Source of the DNA: Candidatus Latescibacterota bacterium
GTDB taxonomy: Bacteria; Latescibacterota; UBA2968; UBA8231
Reading direction: 5' to 3'
DNA length: 64,000 bases
Assembly (NCBI GenBank): GCA_964291625.2
Contig: OZ220089.1
Coordinates: forward strand, 3,136,001 to 3,200,000
In this document: positions 36,421 through 46,984 of the stretch, one piece after another
Layout of the letters: each line of letters opens with the position of its first letter
How positions within the stretch are numbered: the first letter of the stretch is position 1
Translations under genes and position numbers: made by a program
The notes under the pieces: model-generated
Seen by the model: only the letters and a program-made list of their open reading frames with translations
What the model was told of the DNA's origin: nothing
Databases searched by the model: none

Positions 36421-37697
36421 GAGCCCGGGCCGTCGAAGAGGCGGAAGTGGCCCTCGTCGATTCGCCCCGCCTGATGGGCGAGCACGGCATCGGCCACCTC
36501 GATGGCCATCCTCGACTCGAGGGTGACCCCGGCGCGCACCCCCACGCACGGATCGTGGCGCCCCTTGTTCAGCCGGAACTCGATCTCCTCCAGGTTCTTG
36601 CGCACCGAGTCCTGGGGCCGGGCGATGGTCGCCGTGGGCTTGAAGCCGACGCGGAAGACCAGGGGGCTGCCGGTGGTGATCCCGCCGATGAGGCCGCCGT
36701 GGTGGTTGCTCTGGTACCCGCCCGACCGGATCGGATCGTTGTTGGCGCTGCCCCGCCGCTCCACCACGTCCCGCCCGGAGCCCATCTCGCAGGACTGCAC
36801 CGCGTGCAGCCCGCCGAGGGAACCCATGAGGCGCAGCTTGAGGCTGTCGTAGAGGGGCTCCCCGACCAGGGGGGGCACGTTGACGGCCACGATCTCCAGG
36901 GCGGCGCCGACCGAGTCGCCCTCCTTGCGGGCCGCCTCGATCAGCCGCGCCGCTTCGGCCGCGAAGCCGGCGTCGATGGTTCGCAGCTCCGGCTCCTCCA
37001 GGCGCGCCTCCAGGGCCGCCGCCTCGTCGGCGCTGAGGCGCCCGTCGGCGGCCGAGTCGGCCAGCCGCTCCCCGGACTCGATCTCCCCCACCTGGCAGAT
37101 GGAGCTGTAGAAGGCGGTGCCGAAGCGCTCGGCGAGGAACCGCCGCGCCACGGCGCCGCCGATGACGTCGGAGATCGTCGACCGGTAGCTGGAGCGGCCG
37201 CCGCCGCGGGGGTCCGTGTGGCCCCCGGACTTGTGGTGCTTCACCAGATCGGTGTGCCCCGGCCGCACGTCCCCGGCCGGGCCGAGGAACTGCGCGTAGT
37301 CGGCGGAGCGCTTGGCGGCGGAAAGGACGATGGCGGCGATCGGCTCGCCGGTGGTGCGGCCGCGCTCGTAGCCCGGCGTGCGGGTCTCCTCGCCGCCGAC
37401 GCGGGTGGCCACCTCGGCGCCGCCGAGCAGGGCGTCGTGGTCGCCGTCGTAGAGGCCGGAGAGGAGGACCACCTTGTCCCCCTCCCGGCGCGGGGTGCCG
37501 AGCTTGTTGCTGCCCGGGCGCCGCCGGTCGAGCAGGGCCTGGATCCCGGCGCGGGACAGGGGCACGCCCGCCGGGCACCCGAAGACGATGGTGGTGATGC
37601 CGGGTCCGTGGGACTCGCCGGCGCCGGCGACGGCGAAATGGGCTCCCCCGAGGATTTCCACTTGGCTGCTCTCGACGATGGTGGGTAGCGCCCTCAA
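36417..37697 (-). CDS. aroC: Chorismate synthase
   Basis: GESHGPG; RRRPG; RPGHTD; GGGRSSYRST; SNHHGGLIGGIT; FKPT; GRHDPCVGVRA; start codon uncertain. Confidence 0.92.
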   Translation of the reverse strand: MRALPTIVESSQVEILGGAHFAVAGAGESHGPGITTIVFGCPAGVPLSRAGIQALLDRRRPGSNKLGTPRREGDKVVLLSGLYDGDHDALLGGAEVATRVGGEETRTPGYERGRTTGEPIAAIVLSAAKRSADYAQFLGPAGDVRPGHTDLVKHHKSGGHTDPRGGGRSSYRSTISDVIGGAVARRFLAERFGTAFYSSICQVGEIESGERLADSAADGRLSADEAAALEARLEEPELRTIDAGFAAEAARLIEAARKEGDSVGAALEIVAVNVPPLVGEPLYDSLKLRLMGSLGGLHAVQSCEMGSGRDVVERRGSANNDPIRSGGYQSNHHGGLIGGITTGSPLVFRVGFKPTATIARPQDSVRKNLEEIEFRLNKGRHDPCVGVRAGVTLESRMAIEVADAVLAHQAGRIDEGHFRLFDGPGS

Positions 37698-37715
37698 CGG
37701 CGGCGCAACCCTGGC

Positions 37716-37744
37716 AATCTAACCGCCGGAGCTGCTGCCGGCAA
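37716..37744 (-). promoter_or_regulatory. Sigma70-like promoter for aroC
   Basis: TTGCCG-N17-TAGATT. Confidence 0.5.
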
Positions 37745-37864
37745 CGGCGCCGATTGGCGTAAGTCCCGTGCCTGTCAGGGTTTACTGCACTCCATCGGAA
37801 GCTCGGACGAAGCCCTCCGGGAGCCGCGCCGGATGAATGGGGCCGGCGTGCGGGACCGCCGGGC

Positions 37865-39241
37865 TCATGGCGCGGGCTCTCCCGTGAGCCTCTCCAGGTC
37901 GGCCTCGGCCAGGGCCAGGTCGTAGCGCGTGTTGACGCGGTTGTTGCGCGCCGAGGTGAGGCCCACCTGGGCGTCGAGCACCTCCAGGAGCCGGCCCTTG
38001 CCCACCCGGTAGCGTTCCTCCGCCAGGTGCAGGTCCTCGGCCGCCAGCTCCGTCGTGCGCCGGGCGATCCGCAGGATGCGGCCGAGGCGCACCAGCTCCA
38101 GGTAGGTCGTCTCCACCGCGAGGGCCAGGTCGCGCTCCTGCTGCTCCAGGCCCAGACGCGCCGACTCCAGGCTCGAGCGGGCGCGGTCCACGTCGGCGCC
38201 GCGCAGGCCGCCATCGAAGAGCTGGTAGGTGAGGCTCATCCCGGCGTTGAGGCGGTAGTTCTGGTCGAGGTCGCCGTAGACCCGCTCGAAGACCTCGTTG
38301 TTGCGGCTGTAGCTGACGTTGGCCGACAGCCGCGGATGCCAGGCCGCCCGCCGGGCCTTCAGGTTCATCTCCGCCGAGGACCGGTTCCGCCGCGCCTGCT
38401 CCAGGCCGGGGTTCGACCTCTTCGCCCGGGTCACCAGCCCGGCCATCGTCTCCGCCTCGGCGGTCTCCGGCGGCAGGGCCGGGTCCCCGGCGAGGGGAAC
38501 CGTCTCCAGCGGCGCCGACAGGCCCCGCCCGAGCACGTGGTTCAGCGACGCCCGCGCCAGCTGGACCTGCTGCTCGGCGTTGATCAGGTCGGCCCGGGCG
38601 TTGTCGGCGGCCACCTGCAGGCGCAGCAGGTCCACCCGGGTGCCGGCCCCCACCTCGAGCCGGATCTCGGCCTCCTCCTGCCGCTTCAGGCTCAGCTTCA
38701 GGGCCTCCTCCTGCACCTCCACCAGCTCCTGGGCCTTGAGCAGGGCGTAGTAGCGCTGCTTCACCTGGTAGAGGACGTCGGCCCGGCCGGAGCGCAGGCC
38801 CAGCTCCGCGGCGGCCAGGCCCTCCCGGGCGCCGCGGTGGCCCCATCGGCGGGCGCCGCCGTCCCAGAGGGTGTGCCCGACTCCGGCGCTGAAGGAGTAG
38901 GAGCTGCGGTCGATGGCGGGGATCCGGGTCCGCTCCTCGGCGAAGAGGCGCTCCCCCGTCTCGGGGTCGATCTGGCCGGTGGGGTTCTCCTGGATGCGCA
39001 GGGACGGCCCGGTGCGCGAGCGCCCGAGGTTCACCAGCGTCGTGCTCAGCGACGGCAGGCGCTGGGCCCGCGCCGAGGCGACGTCGGCCTCCGAGCGCAG
39101 GACCTGCTGCTCGGCCTGCAGGACCTGGGTGTTGCCGTCGAGGGCGAGGTCGATGCACTGCTCGAGGGACAGCGTCTCGGCCGGCAGCGCCGCGGCCGAA
39201 GCGAGAAGCAGGAAGGCGGCTGATCGGGGGATCCGGTTCAT
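37865..39241 (-). CDS. TolC-family outer membrane efflux protein
   Basis: Signal peptide MNRIPRSAAFLLL; LSLEQCIDLAL; RYRVGKGRLLEVLDAQ. Confidence 0.9.
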   Translation of the reverse strand: MNRIPRSAAFLLLASAAALPAETLSLEQCIDLALDGNTQVLQAEQQVLRSEADVASARAQRLPSLSTTLVNLGRSRTGPSLRIQENPTGQIDPETGERLFAEERTRIPAIDRSSYSFSAGVGHTLWDGGARRWGHRGAREGLAAAELGLRSGRADVLYQVKQRYYALLKAQELVEVQEEALKLSLKRQEEAEIRLEVGAGTRVDLLRLQVAADNARADLINAEQQVQLARASLNHVLGRGLSAPLETVPLAGDPALPPETAEAETMAGLVTRAKRSNPGLEQARRNRSSAEMNLKARRAAWHPRLSANVSYSRNNEVFERVYGDLDQNYRLNAGMSLTYQLFDGGLRGADVDRARSSLESARLGLEQQERDLALAVETTYLELVRLGRILRIARRTTELAAEDLHLAEERYRVGKGRLLEVLDAQVGLTSARNNRVNTRYDLALAEADLERLTGEPAP

Positions 39242-42200
39242 CGACTGCGTGGCTCCATGGTGGGGTTGGAGGCGCGCATCACGCGGCGCGCCCAGAGGCT
39301 GAGGTCGTCGAGCAGGGAGTAGAGGGTCGGGGCCAGCAGCAGGGTCAGCAAGGTGGAGGTGGCCAGCCCGCTGACCACCACAAGGCCGATCGGCCCCCAG
39401 CGCCGGGCGAAGCCCTCGGCCGTGCCGTAGACCATGGGCAGCACGAGGGGCATCAGGTTGAGGATCGTCGTGCCCGCCGTCATCAGGATCGGCCGCATGC
39501 GGTTCTGCCCGCCCCTCAGGATCGCCGCCCGCCGGGCCATCCCCTCGCGCCGGTACTGGTTGATGTGATCGATGAGGACGATGCCGTTGTTGACGACGAT
39601 GCCGAAGAGGATCAGCAGGCCGAGCATGGCGTTGGGGTCGAAGGCGACGTCGAGGCCCCACAGGGCGGCGGAGACGCCGATGAGCGAGAAGGGGATGGCG
39701 AACATGATGGTGAAGGGGTGGACCAGGGACTCGAAGAGAGAGGCCATGATCAGGTAGATCAGGAGGATGGCGAAGAGCAGGGTGAACAGGTTGCCCTCCG
39801 TGTCCTGGGCGTCCCAGCGGGCGGCGCGCCCGAGCTGCCACGAGTACCCCGGCGGCAGGGCCATCTCGTCCATCATCGCCTGCACCTGCGGGTTGAGCTG
39901 GTACGCGGCCTGCCGGCTGGTGGTGTTGGCGAAGACGTTCAGCGTCTGCTGGCGGTCCTCCCGCTGCAGGCTCCGGGGGGCCTCGGCGTGGGTGAAGTCG
40001 GCCAGGGCGGCCAACTGCACCGGCGTCCCGTCCTGCCCCTCGAAGGCCGTGTTCTTCAGTTGTTCGAGGTTGGCCCGGTCCTCCTCCTCCAGCTGCAGGA
40101 CCACGCCGATCTCGCGCTCCGGCGCCTTGAAGCTGGTGGTGCGCCGCGTCCCGAGGGCGGTGGAGATGGTGGAGGCCACCTCCCGCGGCGACAGGCCGTA
40201 TCCCAGGGCCTGCTCGCGGTCGACGGAGACCTGGATCTCCTCATCCCCCTCCTGCAGGTCGGTGTCGACGCTGGTGACCCCCGGCAGCCGGGTGAGCCGC
40301 GCCTGCACGTCCTCGGCCAGCACCGCCAGCACCGCCGGATCGATCCCCTTGAGCTGCACCTCCACGCCCAGGAGGTTGCCCGCCCAGCTGCGCGTCCTCC
40401 CCATCTTGTAGGTGACGCCCGCCATCTCCGGCAGCCGGCGTCGGATCGCCTGCTGCGCCTCCATCGTCGTCAGGTGGCCCTCGTCGGCGTCGACGAGCCG
40501 CGCCCGGAGCCTGCTGTTCCGCTGCCGGATCCGGGTGGACAGGGTCTCCAGGTCCAGCTCTTCGGCGTGGGCCAGCAGGTCCTGCTCGATGCGGCCCATG
40601 AGGGAGTCCACCCCCCCGAGGCTGAAGCTGCGCTCGGTCTCCACGGTGATGTCGACGCGTCGCTCCGAGGGCCAGCGCATGCCCTGCTGCTCGATGTTGA
40701 GGAACATCCAGACGCCGCCGCCCATCATGGCCAGGGCCACGGCCAGGGTCACGGCCCGGTGATCGAGGGTCCAGTCCAGCAGCCGCACGTAGGAGGCGCG
40801 CATGCCGTGGCGCCGGAAGTGCCGCAGCAGGGCGGCCACCGCCAGCAGGACGGCGCCGAGGGTGGCCGCCGTGGTCCACTCCATGTCGAGGGTGGTCTGC
40901 AGGACCCGGGCGCCCGTGGTGCGGCCCCAGGCCGCCAGGCTCTCCAGGCCGATGGTCTGGAGCTTCCAGGCCAGGGCCGCGACCAGGGCGGCGGCGACGC
41001 CGATCTTCAGCCGCCGGTCGTGGCGCGCGGCCCCGGGCCGGAACAGCCGGGACGCGGCCAGGGGGATGACGGCCAGGGCCACGACGGTGGAGACGCCCAC
41101 GGCCAGGCAGATGGTCAGCCCCGCGTCGCCCATGAAGCGCACCATCCGCGAGGAGCCCGAGCCGAGGAAGAAGAAGGGGATGAAGACGCACATGGTGGTC
41201 AGCGCCGAGGCGAGGACGGCCATGCCCACCTCGCGGGTGCCGGAGACGGCCGCCTCCACGGGGCCGGCGCCCTCCTCCTCGCGGCGCCGGAAGATCGACT
41301 CGAGGGTGACCACCGCCGGGTCGACGAGCATGCCCACCGCCAGCATGAGCCCCACCATGGAGACCATGTTGAGGGTGATGGCCGAGTCGAAGAGCTCCCG
41401 GGCGACGTAGATCCCGGTGAAGACGCAGCAGACCGAGGCGGGAATGGCCACGGCGATGGCGATGGTGCTGCGGATGCTGCGCAGGAAGAGGAAGATGATG
41501 CCCACCGCCAGCAGGCTGCCGAGCAGCGCCGTGTCCTTGAGCTTGGTGAGCTCCGCCAGGATCTGCTCCGCCCGGTCGCGGGTGATGTTGATGTCGAGCA
41601 CACCCTCGTAGCCGTCGACGATTCCCTCCAGGGCGGCGCGCACCTCCAGGGCGACGTCCACGGTGTTGTCGGTGGCGACCTTGTAGATCTCCACCTCCAC
41701 GGCCTCCCGTCCGTTGAGGCGCTCGAAGGAGGTGCGCTCCGGGTACTCGTAGCTCACCTCGCCGAGGTCGCTCAGGCGCAGGTTCCGTCCGGCCAGGGGC
41801 AGGTCGCCGATCTCCCGCGGGTCCTGGAACTCGCCGCGGACGCGGGCCAGGTAGCGGCGCCCGGCGTGGTCGACCCGCCCCAGGGAGACGTCGAGGTTGC
41901 CGGCCCGCAGCTGGCCGGCGAGGGAGGGCAGGGAGACGTCGTGGGCCTGCAGCCGCTGCTGGTCCAGCTCGATGATCAGCTGCTTCTCCTGGAGGCCGTC
42001 GATCTCGACGTTGGCCACGCCGTCGATGCGCAGCACCCGCGGCTCGACGACGTCCCGCACGATGTCGAAGAGGCGCTCGTCGGCGCCCTTCCAGGCGAGG
42101 TCGGCCTCGAGGACCGGGTAGGCCTCGTTGTTCCAGCGGAAGAGGGAGACGCGGTCCACGTCGGGGGGCAGCAGGCCCCGCACCTGGTCGACGCGGTCGC

Positions 42201-42525
42201 GGACCTCCATCACCGCCAGGTCCATGTCGGTGCCGGCCTTGAACTCAACCCTCACGCTCGACGAGTTGCCCCCGGAGCTGGAGCTGAGGCGCTCGATGTT
42301 GCCGAGCATGGCCAGGGACTGCTCCAGGGGGACGGTGATCTCCCGCTCGATCTCCTCCGGGGAGGCCGACGGGTACGAGACCCGGACGTTCACGGAGGAG
42401 GAGGTCATCGTCGGGTAGGCCTCCATGGGGATCCGCGTGAAGCAGACCACGCCGAGGACGACCGTGGAGACGGTGATCATGGCCAGGGTCACGGGCCGTT
42501 CGACGGCTAGGCGGGCGAGTCTCAT
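39238..42525 (-). CDS. RND efflux permease subunit 2
   Basis: MRLARLAVERPVT; YPSASPEEIE; GMLVDPAVV; GIVVNNGIVL; RMRPILMT. Confidence 0.92.
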   Translation of the reverse strand: MRLARLAVERPVTLAMITVSTVVLGVVCFTRIPMEAYPTMTSSSVNVRVSYPSASPEEIEREITVPLEQSLAMLGNIERLSSSSGGNSSSVRVEFKAGTDMDLAVMEVRDRVDQVRGLLPPDVDRVSLFRWNNEAYPVLEADLAWKGADERLFDIVRDVVEPRVLRIDGVANVEIDGLQEKQLIIELDQQRLQAHDVSLPSLAGQLRAGNLDVSLGRVDHAGRRYLARVRGEFQDPREIGDLPLAGRNLRLSDLGEVSYEYPERTSFERLNGREAVEVEIYKVATDNTVDVALEVRAALEGIVDGYEGVLDINITRDRAEQILAELTKLKDTALLGSLLAVGIIFLFLRSIRSTIAIAVAIPASVCCVFTGIYVARELFDSAITLNMVSMVGLMLAVGMLVDPAVVTLESIFRRREEEGAGPVEAAVSGTREVGMAVLASALTTMCVFIPFFFLGSGSSRMVRFMGDAGLTICLAVGVSTVVALAVIPLAASRLFRPGAARHDRRLKIGVAAALVAALAWKLQTIGLESLAAWGRTTGARVLQTTLDMEWTTAATLGAVLLAVAALLRHFRRHGMRASYVRLLDWTLDHRAVTLAVALAMMGGGVWMFLNIEQQGMRWPSERRVDITVETERSFSLGGVDSLMGRIEQDLLAHAEELDLETLSTRIRQRNSRLRARLVDADEGHLTTMEAQQAIRRRLPEMAGVTYKMGRTRSWAGNLLGVEVQLKGIDPAVLAVLAEDVQARLTRLPGVTSVDTDLQEGDEEIQVSVDREQALGYGLSPREVASTISTALGTRRTTSFKAPEREIGVVLQLEEEDRANLEQLKNTAFEGQDGTPVQLAALADFTHAEAPRSLQREDRQQTLNVFANTTSRQAAYQLNPQVQAMMDEMALPPGYSWQLGRAARWDAQDTEGNLFTLLFAILLIYLIMASLFESLVHPFTIMFAIPFSLIGVSAALWGLDVAFDPNAMLGLLILFGIVVNNGIVLIDHINQYRREGMARRAAILRGGQNRMRPILMTAGTTILNLMPLVLPMVYGTAEGFARRWGPIGLVVVSGLATSTLLTLLLAPTLYSLLDDLSLWARRVMRASNPTMEPRSR

Positions 42526-45500
42526 GCCGGCGACCTGTCGAGAAGGGTGTAGACCACCGGGACGACGACCAGGGTCAGCACCGTCGACAGCAGCAGTCCG
42601 CCGATGACGGTGATCGCCATGGGGGCCCGGACCTCGGCGCCCTCGCCGATGCCCAGGGCCATGGGCAGCAGGGCCAGGACCGTGGTCGAGGTGGTCATCA
42701 GGATCGGCCGGAAGCGCAGCCGTCCGGCCTCGAGGACCGCCTCGAGCCGGGGCAGCCCGTCCCGGCGCCGCAGGGTGTTGACGTAGTCCACCAGGACGAT
42801 GGCGTTGTTCACCACGATGCCCGCCAGCATGATCAGCCCGATGAGGACGACGACGCTCACCGTTTCGTCGGCGGCCATCAGCGCCAGCAGGCTGCCCACC
42901 AGGCCGAGGGGGATGGTGAACATGATCACCAGGGGGTGGAGGAAGGACTCGAACTGCGAGGCCATCACCAGGTAGACGAGGAAGACCGCCAGCAGGAGAG
43001 CGAACCTCATGCTGTCGAAGGACCTCACCATCTCCTCGTTCTGGCCGCCCATGGAGATCTCGAACCCTTCCGGCAGCGAGATCCCGGCGGCCAGGGTCTC
43101 GATCTCCTCCACGGCGCTGCCCAGGTCGAGGCCGGCCAGGTTGGCGGTGATCAGCACCACCCGCTCCTGGTCGAGGCGGCGGATCTCGGCCGGTCCCTCG
43201 ACCACGGCCAGGTCGGCCACCGACTCGAGGGAGACGGGCACCGGGTAGCTCGGGGGGCTGATCACGAGGCGCTGCAGGTCCTCCAGGGAGCGCCGCTCCT
43301 CCTCCACGGCCCGCACCCGCACGTCGATGTGGCGGTCCCGCCGGATGACCTCGGTGGAGACCAGTCCCTGCAGCTGGTTGCGGAGCAGGTCGCCGGCGCC
43401 CTGGATGGTGGTGCCCAGCTCGGCGATGCGCTCGCGGTGGAAGACGACCTGGATCTCCGGCTGGCCGCCCTCGGCGCTCGACTTGACGTCCACCAGGCCC
43501 GGTATGGCGCGCATGCCCGAGGCCAGCTCGGCGGCGACGGAGGTCAGGGTCTCCAGGTTGCGGCCCGTCACCTCGACCTCGACCGGGGAGCGGAGGGAGA
43601 AGTAGGAAGGCCGCGAGAGCGTGTGGTCGAGGTCGGGCACGCCGGCCAGCAGCCGGTGGACCCGGTCCATGACCAGCTCCTCGGACCGCTCCCCCCCGGG
43701 CGCCAGGCGCACGAAGAGCTGGGCCAGATTCTCCTTCTTCTCGTCGGCGAAGCCCCCGGTCTGGCCGCTGGCGCCGATCTGGCTGAAGACGGTGGCCACG
43801 CCCGGCAGCTCGCGCACCTGCGTGTCGAGGCGGGTCACCATCTCCGCCGTCCGCTCCAGGGGCGTGCCGGCGGGCCACTCGAGGTCGACGAGGAACTCCC
43901 CCTGGCTCATCTCCGGGATCAGCTCGACGCCGAGGGTGCGCGCCTGGAAGAGCACCCCGGCCGACAGGGCCGCGAAGACGGCGAGGGAGACGGCGCGGTG
44001 GCGCAGGCACCAGCCCAGGGCCCGGGGGTAGAAGCCGGCGGCGGCGCCGTAGCCTGATTCGAAGAGCCAGAAGAGCGGGGTGAGCAGCGTCGCCAGCCCA
44101 CGGCCGAGGCCCTGGAGCATCGCCCCGAGGGCCCGCAGCAGGGCGGCGGGTCCCCGGACGGCGGCCCCGTCGCCGCGGCCCTCCTCCTCGGCCGTCAGCG
44201 GGCGCAGGCTCAGGGAGGCGAGCATGGGGATCAGCATCAGCGCCACCAGGAGGGCGGCCGCGAGGGAGAAGGTCACGGTCAGCGCCTGGTCGCGGAAGAG
44301 CTGTCCGGCCACGCCCTCGACGAAGACGATGGGCACGAAGACGCAGATCGTCGTCAGGGTGGCGGCGATCACGGCGGATCCGACCTCGCCGGCGCCGAGG
44401 CGCGCCGCCTCCAGCGCCGAACGGCCCTGCTCGCGGTGGCGCTGCACGTTCTCCAGGACGACGATGGAGCTGTCCACGAGCATGCCCACGCCCAGGGCGA
44501 GCCCGCCGAGGGACATGATGTTCAGGCTCACGCCGGTGGCGTACATGAGGAAGAAGGTGGCCGCCACCGAGATCGGGATCGACAGGCTGATGATCGCCGT
44601 GCTCTGGAGATGGCGCAGGAAGAGGAAGAGGATGACGATCGCCAGCAGGCCGCCGATGACGGCCGTCTTCAGGACCTCGTCCACCGACTGGGAGATGAAC
44701 CGCGCCTGGTCGACGACGATCTCCACCTCGGCGTCGCCCAGCAGGTCGCCGAAGCGGGCCTGGAACTCCTCCAGGCGTTCGCGCACCGCCGCCGAGACGC
44801 TCACCGTGTTGGCGTCGCCCTCCTTGAAGACGGCGATCTCCACGCCCTCCCGGCCGTCGATGCGGGTCACCACGTCGCGCTCCTCGTGGCCGCGCACCAC
44901 GCGTCCCACGTCGGCCAGCTTCACCGGGGCCCCCTCGACCCGGGCGATGACGATCTGCTCGATGTCGGCGGGCCCCGTGAGCTCGTTCAGGGTGCGCACC
45001 AGGAACTCCGCCTCGCCGTCCTTCAGCAGGCCCCCCGTGAGGTTCACGTTCTCCGCCGCCAGGCGCTGGGTCACCTGGCTGATGGGGATGCCGAGGCTGG
45101 CCAGGCGCCGGGTCTCCAGCTCGACCTGGATCTCCTCCTCGAGCCCGCCCTCAACGCGCACCGCCGCCACGCCCTCGAGGCTCTCGAGGTCCAGGCGCAC
45201 GCGGTCCTCGGCGACCCGGCGCAGCTCCATGAGGCTGGTGCCGCCGTAGAGGGCGATGCGCATGATCGGGTCGAGGGAGGGGTCGAAGCGCAGCAGGATG
45301 GGGCTGCCCGCCTCCTGGGGCAGGTTCACGAGGTCGAGCTTCTCCCGCAGGTCGAGGGAGGCGAAGTCCATGTCGGTGCCCCACTCGAACTCGACGATCA
45401 CGTCGGACAGCCCCGGCCGCGAGACGGAGCTGACGCGCACGACGCGGCTGACCACGCCCACCAGCCCTTCGATCGGCTCCGAGATCAGCCGCTCGATCTC

Positions 45501-45671
45501 GGCCGGGGCGGTGCCCGGGTACTCGGTGCGGATGGTGATCGTGGGATAGGTGATGTCGGGCAGCAGGTTCACCGACAGACGCGAGAACCCCACCATGCCG
45601 AAGGCGGCCACGGCGACCATGATCATGGCCACCGTCACCCGCCGGGTGGTAGAGAAATCGACGAGCTTCAC
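42522..45671 (-). CDS. RND efflux permease subunit 1
   Basis: LLPDITYP; GMLVDSSIVVLEN; GIVVNNAIVLVD; RFRPILMT. Confidence 0.93.
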   Translation of the reverse strand: MKLVDFSTTRRVTVAMIMVAVAAFGMVGFSRLSVNLLPDITYPTITIRTEYPGTAPAEIERLISEPIEGLVGVVSRVVRVSSVSRPGLSDVIVEFEWGTDMDFASLDLREKLDLVNLPQEAGSPILLRFDPSLDPIMRIALYGGTSLMELRRVAEDRVRLDLESLEGVAAVRVEGGLEEEIQVELETRRLASLGIPISQVTQRLAAENVNLTGGLLKDGEAEFLVRTLNELTGPADIEQIVIARVEGAPVKLADVGRVVRGHEERDVVTRIDGREGVEIAVFKEGDANTVSVSAAVRERLEEFQARFGDLLGDAEVEIVVDQARFISQSVDEVLKTAVIGGLLAIVILFLFLRHLQSTAIISLSIPISVAATFFLMYATGVSLNIMSLGGLALGVGMLVDSSIVVLENVQRHREQGRSALEAARLGAGEVGSAVIAATLTTICVFVPIVFVEGVAGQLFRDQALTVTFSLAAALLVALMLIPMLASLSLRPLTAEEEGRGDGAAVRGPAALLRALGAMLQGLGRGLATLLTPLFWLFESGYGAAAGFYPRALGWCLRHRAVSLAVFAALSAGVLFQARTLGVELIPEMSQGEFLVDLEWPAGTPLERTAEMVTRLDTQVRELPGVATVFSQIGASGQTGGFADEKKENLAQLFVRLAPGGERSEELVMDRVHRLLAGVPDLDHTLSRPSYFSLRSPVEVEVTGRNLETLTSVAAELASGMRAIPGLVDVKSSAEGGQPEIQVVFHRERIAELGTTIQGAGDLLRNQLQGLVSTEVIRRDRHIDVRVRAVEEERRSLEDLQRLVISPPSYPVPVSLESVADLAVVEGPAEIRRLDQERVVLITANLAGLDLGSAVEEIETLAAGISLPEGFEISMGGQNEEMVRSFDSMRFALLLAVFLVYLVMASQFESFLHPLVIMFTIPLGLVGSLLALMAADETVSVVVLIGLIMLAGIVVNNAIVLVDYVNTLRRRDGLPRLEAVLEAGRLRFRPILMTTSTTVLALLPMALGIGEGAEVRAPMAITVIGGLLLSTVLTLVVVPVVYTLLDRSPA

Positions 45672-46984
45672 CGCCCGCCCCCGCGGGATCCGCCGCCCCC
45701 GGAACCCCGGCCTTCGCCGCGGCGGCGCCAGTCGCCGCCGCCACCCTCGGCGAGGCGCGCCTTCATCTGCCCGTACCGCTGCACCGCCTGCTCCTCGGTC
45801 AGCCCCCGGCCCATGGCGCGGGCCACGAAGGCGGCCGAGTCGGGCGGGGCTCCGCGCCCTCCGGGCCCCGCCGCCGCCTCGGGGCCCGGAGGAGCGCCGG
45901 ACCCGGCGGTATCGCCCGCCGCAGCCGCCTCACCGGCCTCGCCCACGACCCGCACCACGGCGCCGTCCTTGAGGCCCTCGTGGCCGACGGTGATCACCCG
46001 GTCGCCGTCGGTCAGGCCCGAGAGCACCTCGATGCGGTCGCCGTCGGCGTATCCCAGCTCCACCCGCAGCCGCCTCGCCTGGCCGTCGCGCACGGCGAAG
46101 ACGTCGTCCTGGTCGGTCTCCAGGACCAGGGCCTTCTTGGGGATGATCAGGGCCCGGTCGTGGACCTCCGTGATGATGCGCACGGAGGCGAACATCCCGG
46201 GGCGCAGGCCCTCGGCCGGAGGGATGTCGAGGGTCACCTTGACGGTGCCGCTCGCCGGGTCGACGCCGGGGTTGATGCGGCGCACGCTGGCGGGGAAGAC
46301 CTGCCCCGGCAGGGCGTCGATCATCACCCGCGCCGGTTGGCCCGCGTGGATCTGGCTCATGCGCTTCTCGGGCACCTGGATGCGGGCCTGCAGGGGATCG
46401 AGGTCGGCCACCGAGAACAGGACTTCGTTGGCCCGCACCAGGTCGCCCTGCTCCACCTGGCGCAGCATGACGATGCCGTCGATGGGGGCCCGGATGTCGG
46501 TGTACTCCAGGCTCAACTGGGCCTCGCGCAGGGCCACCGCGGCGTTCTCGAGCTGGTTGCCGGCGCTCTCGAACTCCTCCTGGCTCACCAGCTGCTGCCC
46601 GTGCAGGGCCTCGATACGCTCCTTGGCGGACCGCGCCTGGGCCAGGGCCACCTCCGCCTGCCTCACCCGGAGGCTGGCCTCCTCCTTCTCCAGGTGCAGG
46701 AGGATCTGCCCCTCCTCGACGAGATCGCCCTCCTCGGCCCGCAGGCGCTCGGCCAGCCCCTGGGCCCGCGACACGACCTCCACCCAGCGCTCGGCCTGGA
46801 GGCGGGCGTGGGTCTCCACGTAGCTGGTGATCTCGCCGCGCTCGACCGCCTGGGTGCGCACCGGCAGGGCCGCCTCACCACCCGGCCGGCCGCCTCCGCG
46901 GCCCGGCCATCCTCCGCCTCCCTCCTCGTCGCCCCCGCAGGAGGCGAGCACCGCCGCCGCGATTCCGGTGATCCATCCTCTCAC
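45668..46984 (-). CDS. RND periplasmic adaptor (membrane fusion lipoprotein)
   Basis: Lipobox LASC; EEGDLVEEGQIL; IRAPIDG; LRPGMF; IEVLSGL. Confidence 0.92.
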   Translation of the reverse strand: MRGWITGIAAAVLASCGGDEEGGGGWPGRGGGRPGGEAALPVRTQAVERGEITSYVETHARLQAERWVEVVSRAQGLAERLRAEEGDLVEEGQILLHLEKEEASLRVRQAEVALAQARSAKERIEALHGQQLVSQEEFESAGNQLENAAVALREAQLSLEYTDIRAPIDGIVMLRQVEQGDLVRANEVLFSVADLDPLQARIQVPEKRMSQIHAGQPARVMIDALPGQVFPASVRRINPGVDPASGTVKVTLDIPPAEGLRPGMFASVRIITEVHDRALIIPKKALVLETDQDDVFAVRDGQARRLRVELGYADGDRIEVLSGLTDGDRVITVGHEGLKDGAVVRVVGEAGEAAAAGDTAGSGAPPGPEAAAGPGGRGAPPDSAAFVARAMGRGLTEEQAVQRYGQMKARLAEGGGGDWRRRGEGRGSGGGGSRGGGR

